From Bacteroidales bacterium (GTDB taxonomy: Bacteria > Bacteroidota > Bacteroidia > Bacteroidales > VadinHA17), in NCBI GenBank assembly GCA_021738535.1, contig JAIPBU010000012.1, positions 7,095 through 71,094 of the forward strand: DNA of 64,000 nt, in the 5' to 3' direction. Under the pieces are notes generated by a model that had not been told where the DNA came from, did no database searches, and saw only the letters and a list, made by a program, of their open reading frames with translations. Made by a program: the position numbers and the translations under genes. This document shows, in pieces, positions 1 through 9,342 of the stretch. Within the stretch, counting starts at the first letter, position 1, and each line of letters starts with the position of its first letter.

Positions 1-618
1 AGCAATCAGTTTGATGAGTCTCTTACAGAAGACAGGATGTTTTATCCTGATGGCAGTGATGGTATTATGGTAAGCACAATGACAGGAGAAGTGAGAGCAA
101 AGACTTATAGCGGAGATAATTACAAAGCGGTTGAACTGCCATACGGGCGGACTAATTTCACAATGATTATTATGGTCCCGGATGAGACACTGGCAGATTT
201 AACAGGTAGCTTTACCAGTTCTGAATGGACCACAATGACAGATGCTTTCAGTGCCTTGGATTATTATGATACGGAAGTTTTCATGCCACTATACAAGTTT
301 TCTTATGAAAAGTTCCTGAACGACCAGCTTAAAAGCATGGGTATGATTGATGCTTTAAGTCCTTCAATGGCTGATCTTTCAGGGATAGCTGAGGGCTCTA
401 TATTTGTCAGCTTTGTGAAGCAGAACACATTTGTGGAAGTAAATGAAAAGGGTACCGAGGCTGCTGCAGTAACCACGATTGGCGTTGAATTGACCAGTGT
501 GCCGTCCGGTCCTCCTGTATTCACCGTTGATAAATCATTTGTCTTTGCTATAAGGGAAAGAACGACAAATACTATACTCTTTATAGGCCAGGTCCTTACA
601 CCTGAATATGATTCATAA
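1..618 (+). CDS. Serpin-family protease inhibitor, C-terminal part (5' end lies outside the window)
   Basis: Frame 1 is open from base 1; the ORF track merely starts at internal Met 37. It has a reactive-centre-loop hinge-like EKGTEAAAVT and the C-terminal serpin-type block FVFAIRERTTNTILFIGQVLTP. Confidence 0.8.
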   Translation, partial: SNQFDESLTEDRMFYPDGSDGIMVSTMTGEVRAKTYSGDNYKAVELPYGRTNFTMIIMVPDETLADLTGSFTSSEWTTMTDAFSALDYYDTEVFMPLYKFSYEKFLNDQLKSMGMIDALSPSMADLSGIAEGSIFVSFVKQNTFVEVNEKGTEAAAVTTIGVELTSVPSGPPVFTVDKSFVFAIRERTTNTILFIGQVLTPEYDS

Positions 619-653
619 GCATACATTTATAAAAAAAATTTAAAACCGGTATT

Positions 654-1931
654 ATGAAAACTCTGACTAATTTAAGTGCTGTACTTCTTTTTATAGGCGC
701 CTTTATTACAGCCTGCGAGGACAGGACATACGAACGTGTTACCTATGAGGCCAATGTGCCTGTTTATATGAGTTATGATGAGTTCAGGGGCAGTTTCCTT
801 AAGAGCGAGCCAATAGAGATTAGTCAGCCCGGTAAAATATATTTTAAGGACGGCTACCTTTTTGTAAATGAGTATGGGAAAGGTATACATTTAATAGATA
901 ATTCCGATCCTTCAAACCCTCAGAAGGAGGCATTTTATAAGATACCCGGCAATATTGATATGGCCATACGGGGTAATATACTTTATGCCGACAGTTATAT
1001 TGACCTCGTGGCTATTGATATCTCGGATATTGATAATCCTGAAGAAATTGAACGCCTCGAAAATGTTTTCCCTGAGGCCGTGCCTGAAGGTGAAAAGGGT
1101 TATGCTTATGCACGCGTTGACAGTAAGAAAGGTGTGGTTGTCGACTGGGAGGTAAAGACCATTACCGAGGACAGGGAGGTTTATCAGCAGGGTGGATGGA
1201 GGTTTGAAAATATGTTGACTTCTTCCTCCATGGTTGACTCCCGTGCATCATGGTCAGCAGGTGCAGGAGTGGCAGGATCAATGGCCCGTTTTATGCTTAA
1301 TGAAGAATACCTGTACCTGATAGCACAGCCTACAGTGCTCAAGACAGTTGATACTGAATCAGGTAATGAGATGCAGGTAACTGACAGTATTGAGGTGTCC
1401 AGGAGTATGGAGACATTATTCAGGCTGGGTGATAAGCTGTTTATCGGCACAACAACAGGCATGCTGATCTATAGTCTGAATAGCCCTGCCGAACCGGGAT
1501 ACCTCTCATCATATGATCATATAACTGCCTGCGATCCTGTTATAACTGACGGTGAATATGCATATGTTACATTGAGAACAGGTAATAGGTGCGGGGGTAA
1601 CCAGGATCTTCTTGAAGTTATTGATATTACTTCCATAAGCAATCCCTATCTGCTTAAGTCATATCCCATGTTCAATCCCCATGGCCTGGGTTTAGACGGC
1701 AACCTGCTTTTCATTTGCGACGGAGAAGCCGGGTTAAAGATATATGACCGTGATGATCCCCTGGATATAATTAATAACAAACTGGCTCACTATCCGGATA
1801 TTGATGCTTTTGACCTTATACCTGTAAATGGAATACTGATGCTTATCGGTGATGATGGCATATACCAGTATGATTACTCTGATATACTTAATATCGAACA
1901 GATAAGTCATATAGTTATAAATGAAGAATGA
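654..1931 (+). CDS. Lipoprotein with LVIVD-type beta-propeller repeats
   Basis: Lipobox-like FIGAFITAC. Recurring motifs DLVAIDISDIDNPEEI, LLEVIDITSISNPYLL and GLKIYDRDDP resemble LVIVD repeats. Confidence 0.55.
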   Translation: MKTLTNLSAVLLFIGAFITACEDRTYERVTYEANVPVYMSYDEFRGSFLKSEPIEISQPGKIYFKDGYLFVNEYGKGIHLIDNSDPSNPQKEAFYKIPGNIDMAIRGNILYADSYIDLVAIDISDIDNPEEIERLENVFPEAVPEGEKGYAYARVDSKKGVVVDWEVKTITEDREVYQQGGWRFENMLTSSSMVDSRASWSAGAGVAGSMARFMLNEEYLYLIAQPTVLKTVDTESGNEMQVTDSIEVSRSMETLFRLGDKLFIGTTTGMLIYSLNSPAEPGYLSSYDHITACDPVITDGEYAYVTLRTGNRCGGNQDLLEVIDITSISNPYLLKSYPMFNPHGLGLDGNLLFICDGEAGLKIYDRDDPLDIINNKLAHYPDIDAFDLIPVNGILMLIGDDGIYQYDYSDILNIEQISHIVINEE

Positions 1932-2547
1932 TCTAATATTTAGAATGTATTTAACAGCTGCAGGATTGATGATTTTTTTATCAGCTACCCCGCAGCAGAA
2001 TCCGGGTACTACATTACAGGAGAATCAGTTTAATAAGCCCCGCTATGCCTATTTTATACACCCTACATTAAGTAACCTGGCAGGCAAATCGGCCAATGAC
2101 GAACCGAACAGCCTTAGTATTCATCTTCTCAGTGCATATAAATTCATGAACGGACTGAGTGTGGGTGCCGGTTCGGGAATTGAGCACCTCGGGAAGCCAA
2201 TGCTTCCGGCCTATGGCTATCTGAGGTATGATTTGAGGACGGCAGGGACTACTCCTTATGTATGGATCAAGGCCGGATACGGATTTTCACTGGAAAGTGA
2301 AGATACAGATGATCCGTGGTATATCTCTTACCGTGAAAGCAAAGGAGGCATGCTGTTTAATGCCGGGATTGGGATAGCCCTGTTCAGCAGGAAAAACCTT
2401 GGTGTAAATATGGGAGTAGGGTACAGGTACCATAAAGTTAGTACAACATACCACGAAACTAGTTGGGGAGGCGAAGAAGAAACGATCAGGCAGGTTTTTA
2501 CTGAGTTTAACAGGTTTGAATTACAAATTGGTGTTGTTTTCAGGTAA
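1921..2547 (+). CDS. Hypothetical secreted protein, beta-barrel-like
   Basis: 208-aa ORF overlapping the previous stop by 11 nt. It has an N-terminal hydrophobic signal, alternating Gly/aromatic strands and a C-terminal IGVVFR. Confidence 0.4.
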   Translation: MKNDLIFRMYLTAAGLMIFLSATPQQNPGTTLQENQFNKPRYAYFIHPTLSNLAGKSANDEPNSLSIHLLSAYKFMNGLSVGAGSGIEHLGKPMLPAYGYLRYDLRTAGTTPYVWIKAGYGFSLESEDTDDPWYISYRESKGGMLFNAGIGIALFSRKNLGVNMGVGYRYHKVSTTYHETSWGGEEETIRQVFTEFNRFELQIGVVFR

Positions 2548-2574
2548 AAAGTAAGGATAAAGCAACATAAAATA

Positions 2575-2613
2575 ATCTGAATTAAGTTATATTGACAGAT
2601 AGTTAATTCAGAT
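2575..2613. promoter_or_regulatory. 11-bp inverted repeat (ATCTGAATTAA-N17-TTAATTCAGAT) 8 nt upstream of the ECF sigma start
   Basis: Read directly from the sequence. The stem is AT-rich with no T-tract, so it could be an operator or a weak terminator. Confidence 0.3.
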
Positions 2614-2620
2614 AGCAGGT

Positions 2621-3208
2621 ATGGCAAAAAGGCGCTTGGATGTTAAAGAACGTTCTGACCGGGAGCTTGTGGAAGAGAGCCTTAAAGGAAAGCTGTTTTT
2701 CCGGGAGGCTCTGTATAAGCGCTATTTTTCATATGCCATGTCCGTTGCACTCAGGTATACAATTAGCAGGGATGAAGCAATGGAAGTAGTAAATGACAGT
2801 TTTTTGAAGGTTCTTGACAAGCTTGATAGTTATGATACTGCTAAAGAATTTAAAAAATGGTATGGGAGAATAGTAATAAACACTGCTATTGACAGGTACC
2901 GGAGAAGGAGGAAGGATGAAATTACCATTAATATTGAAATAGAATATAGTGAGAGGGTCAAAGCGCCGGAAATTGAAGAAAAGTTATCGGTTGATGATAT
3001 TCTTGGCTTATTCAGCTTTTTACCCGACATATATAAAATAACATTTAATCTTTACGAAATAGAAGGTTATGATCATAAAGAGATTGGCAGGATGATGGGA
3101 ATCAGTACCTCGACATCAAGATCAAACCTTGCAAGGGCAAAAAAAATGCTCAGACAATTATATAACAAAAAGTTAAACTCTGCCGGGAACAATAATGAAG
3201 CAGTTTGA
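2621..3208 (+). CDS. RNA polymerase sigma-70 factor, ECF subfamily
   Basis: Region 2-like YFSYAMSVALRY..DEAMEVVNDSFLKV and a region 4 HTH, GYDHKEIGRMMGISTSTSRSNLARAKKML. Confidence 0.85.
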   Translation: MAKRRLDVKERSDRELVEESLKGKLFFREALYKRYFSYAMSVALRYTISRDEAMEVVNDSFLKVLDKLDSYDTAKEFKKWYGRIVINTAIDRYRRRRKDEITINIEIEYSERVKAPEIEEKLSVDDILGLFSFLPDIYKITFNLYEIEGYDHKEIGRMMGISTSTSRSNLARAKKMLRQLYNKKLNSAGNNNEAV

Positions 3209-4400
3209 TGACATATTCACCCGAAAAGTAAAGGATGCTTTCAGCAACTATAATGCGGACCACCTGGCCGATGATGCCTGGAATTCCTTTATCAGGAAGA
3301 AAAGGAGGAAAGGTGCAGTTATAATCCCCCTGTGGGCAAAGGCTGCCTCCGTGGCTGTGTTGATTACAGGTGCCGGCATTATTGCATATAATACATTCTT
3401 CACTAAGAGTGATAAGCTTAATGAGGTGGCCGTAGTCGCTGAACAACAAGCAGGATCAGGCGAAGTTATTGAAAGGGACTTTGCTGCCGGTGAAGTAACA
3501 GAGCCAATTGCTGAAAATACCGGGGGCAGTGCAGTGCCCTCAATATCACCTGATTTAATCATTACAGAAGAACAAGCTGCATCAGTGCCAGAAAAGCCGG
3601 AGCAGGTGACTCCTGGTAAATTGCCTGTCCTTACCGCAGGTCTCAGGCTCCTTAACACAGGTAAGCTTATTGATGAGATTTCCAACCCCGGACTAATATC
3701 ATATTATGAGCCGTTTACCGGGACTGCAACCAGGGAACAAAAGACAGGTCTGATGGCTGGCTTATCAGGTATGGTGTCCAGGGTTGATGATAATGCTGAT
3801 CCTGGCACATCTATGGGTGTTTATATTGAACGTAAACTAAGTGACCGTATATCTGTGCGACCGGGAATAGCTTTTTCATACCAGGACCATAACCTTTCAG
3901 GCAATAGTACATTGAAAGAAAGTATGGCATATGCAGCCCCACTGACTGATGTTTCTTCGGTGGATGTTGAAAATACCAGTGCGCAGCTTAACTTGCTGGC
4001 TTTCGAGATACCCCTGGACCTTGTATTTACCGTCTGGGAAAGAAGGAGGTCAAATGTATACCTGTCTGCCGGCGCATCTACAATGGTCTACCTTAACCAG
4101 AAATTTGACGGCAGTTTCACAAATACATATATCGTGGAGAACTATAACAGTGCTACCGGTGACGTTACATATGAAAGGAATTCATCGCTTCTGGATGTTG
4201 AAAGTAATTATGGAGCATTCTCGCATGTCGACTTTATGGGACTGGCAAATTTTTCGGCAGGATTTTCAATGCCGCTATGGAACAAAAACAGAATGCTGTT
4301 TGAACCCTTCGTAAAAGTGCCTTTAAGTGATCTTACAAGTCTCAATCTCCGGATTTTTTACGGCGGACTGTCCGTTAAAGTGAGGTTTTTGGACCGTTAA
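3195..4400 (+). CDS. Single-TM protein with C-terminal beta-barrel-like domain (putative ECF sigma partner)
   Basis: Overlaps the sigma gene by 14 nt. It has a cytoplasmic N-terminus, one TM (AASVAVLITGAGIIAY), an acidic/Pro-rich linker and a strand-rich C-terminus. Confidence 0.5.
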   Translation: MKQFDDIFTRKVKDAFSNYNADHLADDAWNSFIRKKRRKGAVIIPLWAKAASVAVLITGAGIIAYNTFFTKSDKLNEVAVVAEQQAGSGEVIERDFAAGEVTEPIAENTGGSAVPSISPDLIITEEQAASVPEKPEQVTPGKLPVLTAGLRLLNTGKLIDEISNPGLISYYEPFTGTATREQKTGLMAGLSGMVSRVDDNADPGTSMGVYIERKLSDRISVRPGIAFSYQDHNLSGNSTLKESMAYAAPLTDVSSVDVENTSAQLNLLAFEIPLDLVFTVWERRRSNVYLSAGASTMVYLNQKFDGSFTNTYIVENYNSATGDVTYERNSSLLDVESNYGAFSHVDFMGLANFSAGFSMPLWNKNRMLFEPFVKVPLSDLTSLNLRIFYGGLSVKVRFLDR

Positions 4401-4403
4401 TAT

Positions 4404-7400
4404 TCATGGCAGCCGGAATCCCAGTACAATAATATCATCTGTTTGTTCATTATCCCCTTTCCATTCTTCAATCTTTCTGTCAAGGATGTCCCTTTGTTCA
4501 TTCATTGGTTTAACCGATATATCCTTCAGTATTCTTTTAAACCTCGGGTATTTGAATTTCTTGTCTTTCGGCCCTCCAAACTGGTCAGGGTAACCGTCTG
4601 AAAACATGTAAAAAAGATCCCCCTGCCGTGTTGATATCTTATGCTTTGTAAATGGCAGCATTACTTCGTCTTTTCCAATAGGCATCTTATCACCTTTAAC
4701 TTCGGTCAGTTCATTATCCCTTAGGAAATAAAGGGGGTTATTAGCTCCGCTGAAGCAAAGTGTGTTGGTCTTTTTGTCTATAGATACAAGATTTATATCC
4801 ATACCATCGCGTGATTCACTGTCACGTTCATCCTGGTTAAGAGCTTTAATGATATAGGATCTTAACTGGTTCAGCATTTCGTCAACTTCAATATTTTTAT
4901 ACTTATTGACTATTTCATTTAAGAAACTAATGCCCAGCATGCTCATTAAGGCCCCTGGGACCCCATGGCCGGTACAATCTGCAGCTATAAGATAAATCTT
5001 TGATTCCGTCTCTTTAACCCAGTAAAAATCTCCGCTGATGATATCACGTGGCTTGAACAGAACAAAATATTCACTGAATGTACTGCCCAGGGTTTCCTCA
5101 GATGGCAAAAGAGATCTTTGAATATTTTCTGCATAATATATACTGTCTGTAATGTCTTTTTTCTGTTCCGAGATCTGGTCTCTCTGCAATTCTACCAGTT
5201 CAAGCTGGTTTTCAATTTTTTCATTGGCTGCCTCCAGTTCTTTTGTACGTATATGCACAAGCTTTTCCAGCTTCTTTTTTTGCTGCTCTATAGTCTTAAC
5301 CCTCCACTTATAAGCCAGCCATATTAATAGCATAGTTATAAGAACTGCAACTGTCCTGAAAATCCATGTCTGATACCAGGCCTTCAGTATTGTAAATTTA
5401 TAATTGTTAGTGTAGCTCCATATCTCATTACTTCCTTTTGTCCTGTACATAAACTCATAATTACCTGGAGGTACATTGGTAAAGCTTGCCCTGTATTCCT
5501 TTCCTTTTTGATATGATGAGAAGTTATTTGCATCGCCCCTGAGATAAAACTCATATTCAATTGAATTTTCATTAGTAAATGAAAGAGCAGCTATTTCAAA
5601 GACAAAATTGTTTTTATTGTATTTAAATACTCCATTTTGTTCCGGTGCTATTAACTGATCATTTACCTGTACACTTTCCAGGCTGCATTCAGGGTAAAAC
5701 AGCATTGAAGTCCTGGCACGTATATTGAAATTGCTTAGCCCCTGGTAGGTACCTATCCATAAAATGTCATTGCTGTCCATGTAAAGCCCCGAAGATGTAA
5801 CCTCGTTTCCGAACATTCCGTCACCGGATCCGACAATAAAATCAATCTCATTTACTTTCTTGTTAAAATAGCAGAAGCCCTTATTGGTACCCAACCACAG
5901 GTAGTTTTTATTACGTGCCGGACATATTGATTTAATAATTAAATCATTACCCGGGTTAATCAAATGAATATTATCGAAGTCCCTGTTTATTACCAGTCCG
6001 AGTCCTTTTTCAGTTGCAAGCCATAGCTTATTATCGTCTTGATGCATAGACCATACCCGGTAATTCGTTTCTGCGAGCATTTTTGTCTGCCTGTCTTCCA
6101 GGATAACTATGCCATTGGCGCTTCCCCCCAGAATCTGGTCATCCATTTCAACAAGCTGGTAAATATCTGATGTAAGTTTACCGTTTGTTTTTACTGGTGA
6201 TGAATAAAAATCATCCAGGAAGTATAATAAGCTGTTAGACCCGTCTATCAGTATAATTTTGCCCTGTGCTGTCAGGAAGATGTTGTCAAGATTCATTAGT
6301 TCATTATCAAAAATCCTTTTCCGGGTGACCTTGTGTTTTTCCGGATCAACTTCATAAAGGCCTTTTGTGCTTGCCAGTAATATCTTATTGCCCTGCATGC
6401 CGGTCATTACATATTTGTTTTGCTTTTTATCCAGCCTTGACGTAAAATTGACCGGTTCTTCATTGAAATAGTAAACTCCATTATTGGAAGATATCCATAT
6501 TTCACCCGATTCAGCCTCAAGAATTGAGTAAACATGTGAATTTATTACACCGGGGTAAAAGTTTCTCAGTCCGTTCTTATTGGACAGCTTCTGTAAACCC
6601 CCTTTATACCCAAGCCATAAATTATATTCATTATCAACAGTAAATGATAGTATTTCATTATCCTTCAAGCCAACCTGCCTGTCATATACTGCATAATCCT
6701 GATCATACGGTGCAATTTTAATTATCCTTGAATCTTCTACTACCCAGGTAAAACCGAATCTGTCAGAAATTATTTCCTTTATTTTACTTCTGCCCTTGCC
6801 TGGATTTGCAATTACCTGTCGTTTTGTTTCTTGATATTCATTATTCCTCACATCGTCAATATGAGTAACAAATAAACCCTTATCAGTTGCTACCCACAAG
6901 GAATCATTATTATTTATCATCGCACAATAACTAAGTTCATCTGTCAGTTGCTTAATTGTCTTGTTGACAGGATTGTATTCGAATAATCCCCCGGAAGTTG
7001 AAATAATATTACATAAGCCCTTGTTGCTCTCATCTATATCATATATAGTAGCAGGCAATTCCTGGAATTCATCATTCAGGAATCGTTCTGCACCATTATC
7101 TGACAGAATATATACCCCATCATTGGCAATAAACCATTTATTGTTTTTACTATCAATAAATATTTTCTTAAAGCCTGTATCACTAAATAATCTTTCCCCG
7201 ATAGTGTCATAATTACATAAAGTGATTCCTTTCCTTGTAGCGAAATACATACGTCCCGTACTATCCTGGGCAATATCCCTTATGCTATTGCTTCCCGGTT
7301 CAGATCCCGTCGTGATAAGCTTCATACTCCTGCCATTGTACCTGACAGCCCCGGAGTTGGTACCAAACCACATATAACCTTTGGCATCCTGGAAAATTGT

Positions 7401-9062
7401 AAAAATATTTTCCTGGGGAAGCCCGTCTTCAGCATCATACATGACATACGGGAACTGTCCTTCCTGGTAGCTTTCATAATAGCTGCTTACAAATGCTTCA
7501 GGTGATTGCAGGTAATTTTTCTTAATGGCAGTAATCAATACATGAATCAGACCTGTTTGCTTCGACTGGGAAAAGAACTTTCTTAGCTCAGCCTCCAGCT
7601 TAGGCTGGTCCTTCCTTAGTCCCCAGCAGATATCATTTGTTCCCAATGATATTTTAAATTCAAGCCCGGGATAATTTGACAGCTTTGTGAAGGAATTGTC
7701 CATTATAGTGTAATCAGCCTTCCCTGACTGAATTTCTTCCAGGAAATTTCCTGAATCTTCGTAGTAATAGTTTGTAAGCTTATTATTGATAAGAAAATCT
7801 TCATATGAGGATCCCTTGCTGGTTACACATTTAAGCTCCCTGAGATCATCAATGCTGGTAATATCTGAATCTTTCCTGGCAATAATTGAATACTCGGAGG
7901 GATATACGGGAACAAAATTTACCTTTTTTGATCTCCAGGGACGCTTTGTGAAAATTTCGCATGCAATATCAAAATTATTGAACCATTCAGGTGTATATGA
8001 GCTGTCCTTTACAGTTTCCCCATTTGAGGTCTCCCAGTATTTATTAAAATAGGGTGTGACAACATACTCAAGAGAGACACCCAGTGAATTGGCAAATTCC
8101 TCTGCAATTGCGTGCATGGGCTGTTTAGGACCACCCTTTTGATATACAAATTTCCTGTCACGCAAGGCTACCACTAACTTGCCATCCTCAAGTATCCTGT
8201 CAAGATCTCTGTGGTATCTTCGAAGAATTACAACCTTATTAATCTTCTGCAGGTAGTTTGAGTGGGATATACCAAACTTATTATCAAATATCCTGTCAAG
8301 GACACCGTTATTTTTAATAGTCCGGAAGAAAGCTTCCACTTCTTTTTTAAGGTTATTGCCCTTTTCAACAGCCCATGCTGTTTTTTTGACAGGGCTCACA
8401 GGCAGTGAAATATCATATTTTTGATCATGTTCAGAATTGAATAGGAGGGCTTCATCAGCATCCAGGACTACCCCGAAAACCCTGTCTTCAAGGAGTAACT
8501 GCTTTGATTCATCACTGCTTTTTGTGGTAATAACATTAATACCTCCATCAATCCTGTTATTGATATCGCTGATATGTTCTTCAAAACTCGTATTACCCAC
8601 CAGGCCAATTGTTTTACCCTTCAGATCTGAGTAATCCTGCAGCGGGTTTTCGGTTCGTACCGTTAGCAGCATCTCTGATGATTCAAGTGTCCTGGCAAAA
8701 TCAAACAGCTTCTTTCTCCATTCAAGGGTTGAAATAGTACTACAGATAATATCTACCTTTTGGAAAATATCAGGGTTATAAATTATGGATGGATCTGTTT
8801 CAATATTTTTAGGAATAGCACCATTTTTCATAAAGGCCTCTTCCCAGCTGATTTCTACTATTTCCACCTCTACATTCAGGTACTTTGAAAATTCCAGGGC
8901 AAGAGGATAATTAATGTTTTCAATATCCTCCTTTGTCATGCCTATATATATTTTACCGCTGTTTTTAATTGTTTCCAGATCACGGGAATAGCTGTAGTGC
9001 AGTGAAATAGTGAAAAGGGTAATAATTACAATCACTAAATGATAAATCCTTGTTTTAGGCAT
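4404..9062 (-). CDS. Periplasmic sensor-phosphatase: two solute-binding-like modules, then two-component-regulator propeller/Y_Y_Y, TM, coiled coil and PP2C (SpoIIE)
   Basis: Uninterrupted 1552-aa ORF with an ATG start. SBP-like modules begin KIYIGMTKED and KLVVALRDRKF. Propeller repeats include GYMWFGTNSGAVRY, LWVATDKGLF, LWLGTNKGFCYF and LWIGTYQGLSNF. The Y_Y_Y-like block is YEFYLRG..GNYEFMYRTKG and the TM is WIFRTVAVLITMLLIWLAY. PP2C motifs are ISGDFYW, ADCTGHGVPGALMSM, FSDGYPDQFGG and DDIIVLGFRL. Confidence 0.8.
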   Translation of the reverse strand: MPKTRIYHLVIVIITLFTISLHYSYSRDLETIKNSGKIYIGMTKEDIENINYPLALEFSKYLNVEVEIVEISWEEAFMKNGAIPKNIETDPSIIYNPDIFQKVDIICSTISTLEWRKKLFDFARTLESSEMLLTVRTENPLQDYSDLKGKTIGLVGNTSFEEHISDINNRIDGGINVITTKSSDESKQLLLEDRVFGVVLDADEALLFNSEHDQKYDISLPVSPVKKTAWAVEKGNNLKKEVEAFFRTIKNNGVLDRIFDNKFGISHSNYLQKINKVVILRRYHRDLDRILEDGKLVVALRDRKFVYQKGGPKQPMHAIAEEFANSLGVSLEYVVTPYFNKYWETSNGETVKDSSYTPEWFNNFDIACEIFTKRPWRSKKVNFVPVYPSEYSIIARKDSDITSIDDLRELKCVTSKGSSYEDFLINNKLTNYYYEDSGNFLEEIQSGKADYTIMDNSFTKLSNYPGLEFKISLGTNDICWGLRKDQPKLEAELRKFFSQSKQTGLIHVLITAIKKNYLQSPEAFVSSYYESYQEGQFPYVMYDAEDGLPQENIFTIFQDAKGYMWFGTNSGAVRYNGRSMKLITTGSEPGSNSIRDIAQDSTGRMYFATRKGITLCNYDTIGERLFSDTGFKKIFIDSKNNKWFIANDGVYILSDNGAERFLNDEFQELPATIYDIDESNKGLCNIISTSGGLFEYNPVNKTIKQLTDELSYCAMINNNDSLWVATDKGLFVTHIDDVRNNEYQETKRQVIANPGKGRSKIKEIISDRFGFTWVVEDSRIIKIAPYDQDYAVYDRQVGLKDNEILSFTVDNEYNLWLGYKGGLQKLSNKNGLRNFYPGVINSHVYSILEAESGEIWISSNNGVYYFNEEPVNFTSRLDKKQNKYVMTGMQGNKILLASTKGLYEVDPEKHKVTRKRIFDNELMNLDNIFLTAQGKIILIDGSNSLLYFLDDFYSSPVKTNGKLTSDIYQLVEMDDQILGGSANGIVILEDRQTKMLAETNYRVWSMHQDDNKLWLATEKGLGLVINRDFDNIHLINPGNDLIIKSICPARNKNYLWLGTNKGFCYFNKKVNEIDFIVGSGDGMFGNEVTSSGLYMDSNDILWIGTYQGLSNFNIRARTSMLFYPECSLESVQVNDQLIAPEQNGVFKYNKNNFVFEIAALSFTNENSIEYEFYLRGDANNFSSYQKGKEYRASFTNVPPGNYEFMYRTKGSNEIWSYTNNYKFTILKAWYQTWIFRTVAVLITMLLIWLAYKWRVKTIEQQKKKLEKLVHIRTKELEAANEKIENQLELVELQRDQISEQKKDITDSIYYAENIQRSLLPSEETLGSTFSEYFVLFKPRDIISGDFYWVKETESKIYLIAADCTGHGVPGALMSMLGISFLNEIVNKYKNIEVDEMLNQLRSYIIKALNQDERDSESRDGMDINLVSIDKKTNTLCFSGANNPLYFLRDNELTEVKGDKMPIGKDEVMLPFTKHKISTRQGDLFYMFSDGYPDQFGGPKDKKFKYPRFKRILKDISVKPMNEQRDILDRKIEEWKGDNEQTDDIIVLGFRLP

Positions 9063-9342
9063 GATCAGATTGAGAATTTCCGGGTTTAAAGTTCAATTGG
9101 TTTTCGGTTTCAGGTTTAAGACAAAAATAACATTAAGTATTTAAATTTCACATGTATTCAATGTTTTTAAATTAAAGAAGGTTTTGATTTTAGTTGGGCA
9201 ACTTTTTTATTTTAAAGATTATTTAGGTACGACATGTTTTAGTACTGAAAGCCTGAATTAATCTTATATCAAAAGGAAAGAAAATAACATATGGATAATA
9301 AAATAACTGGCAGGTAAGCAGATTCTTCAATCCTATCGTTAA

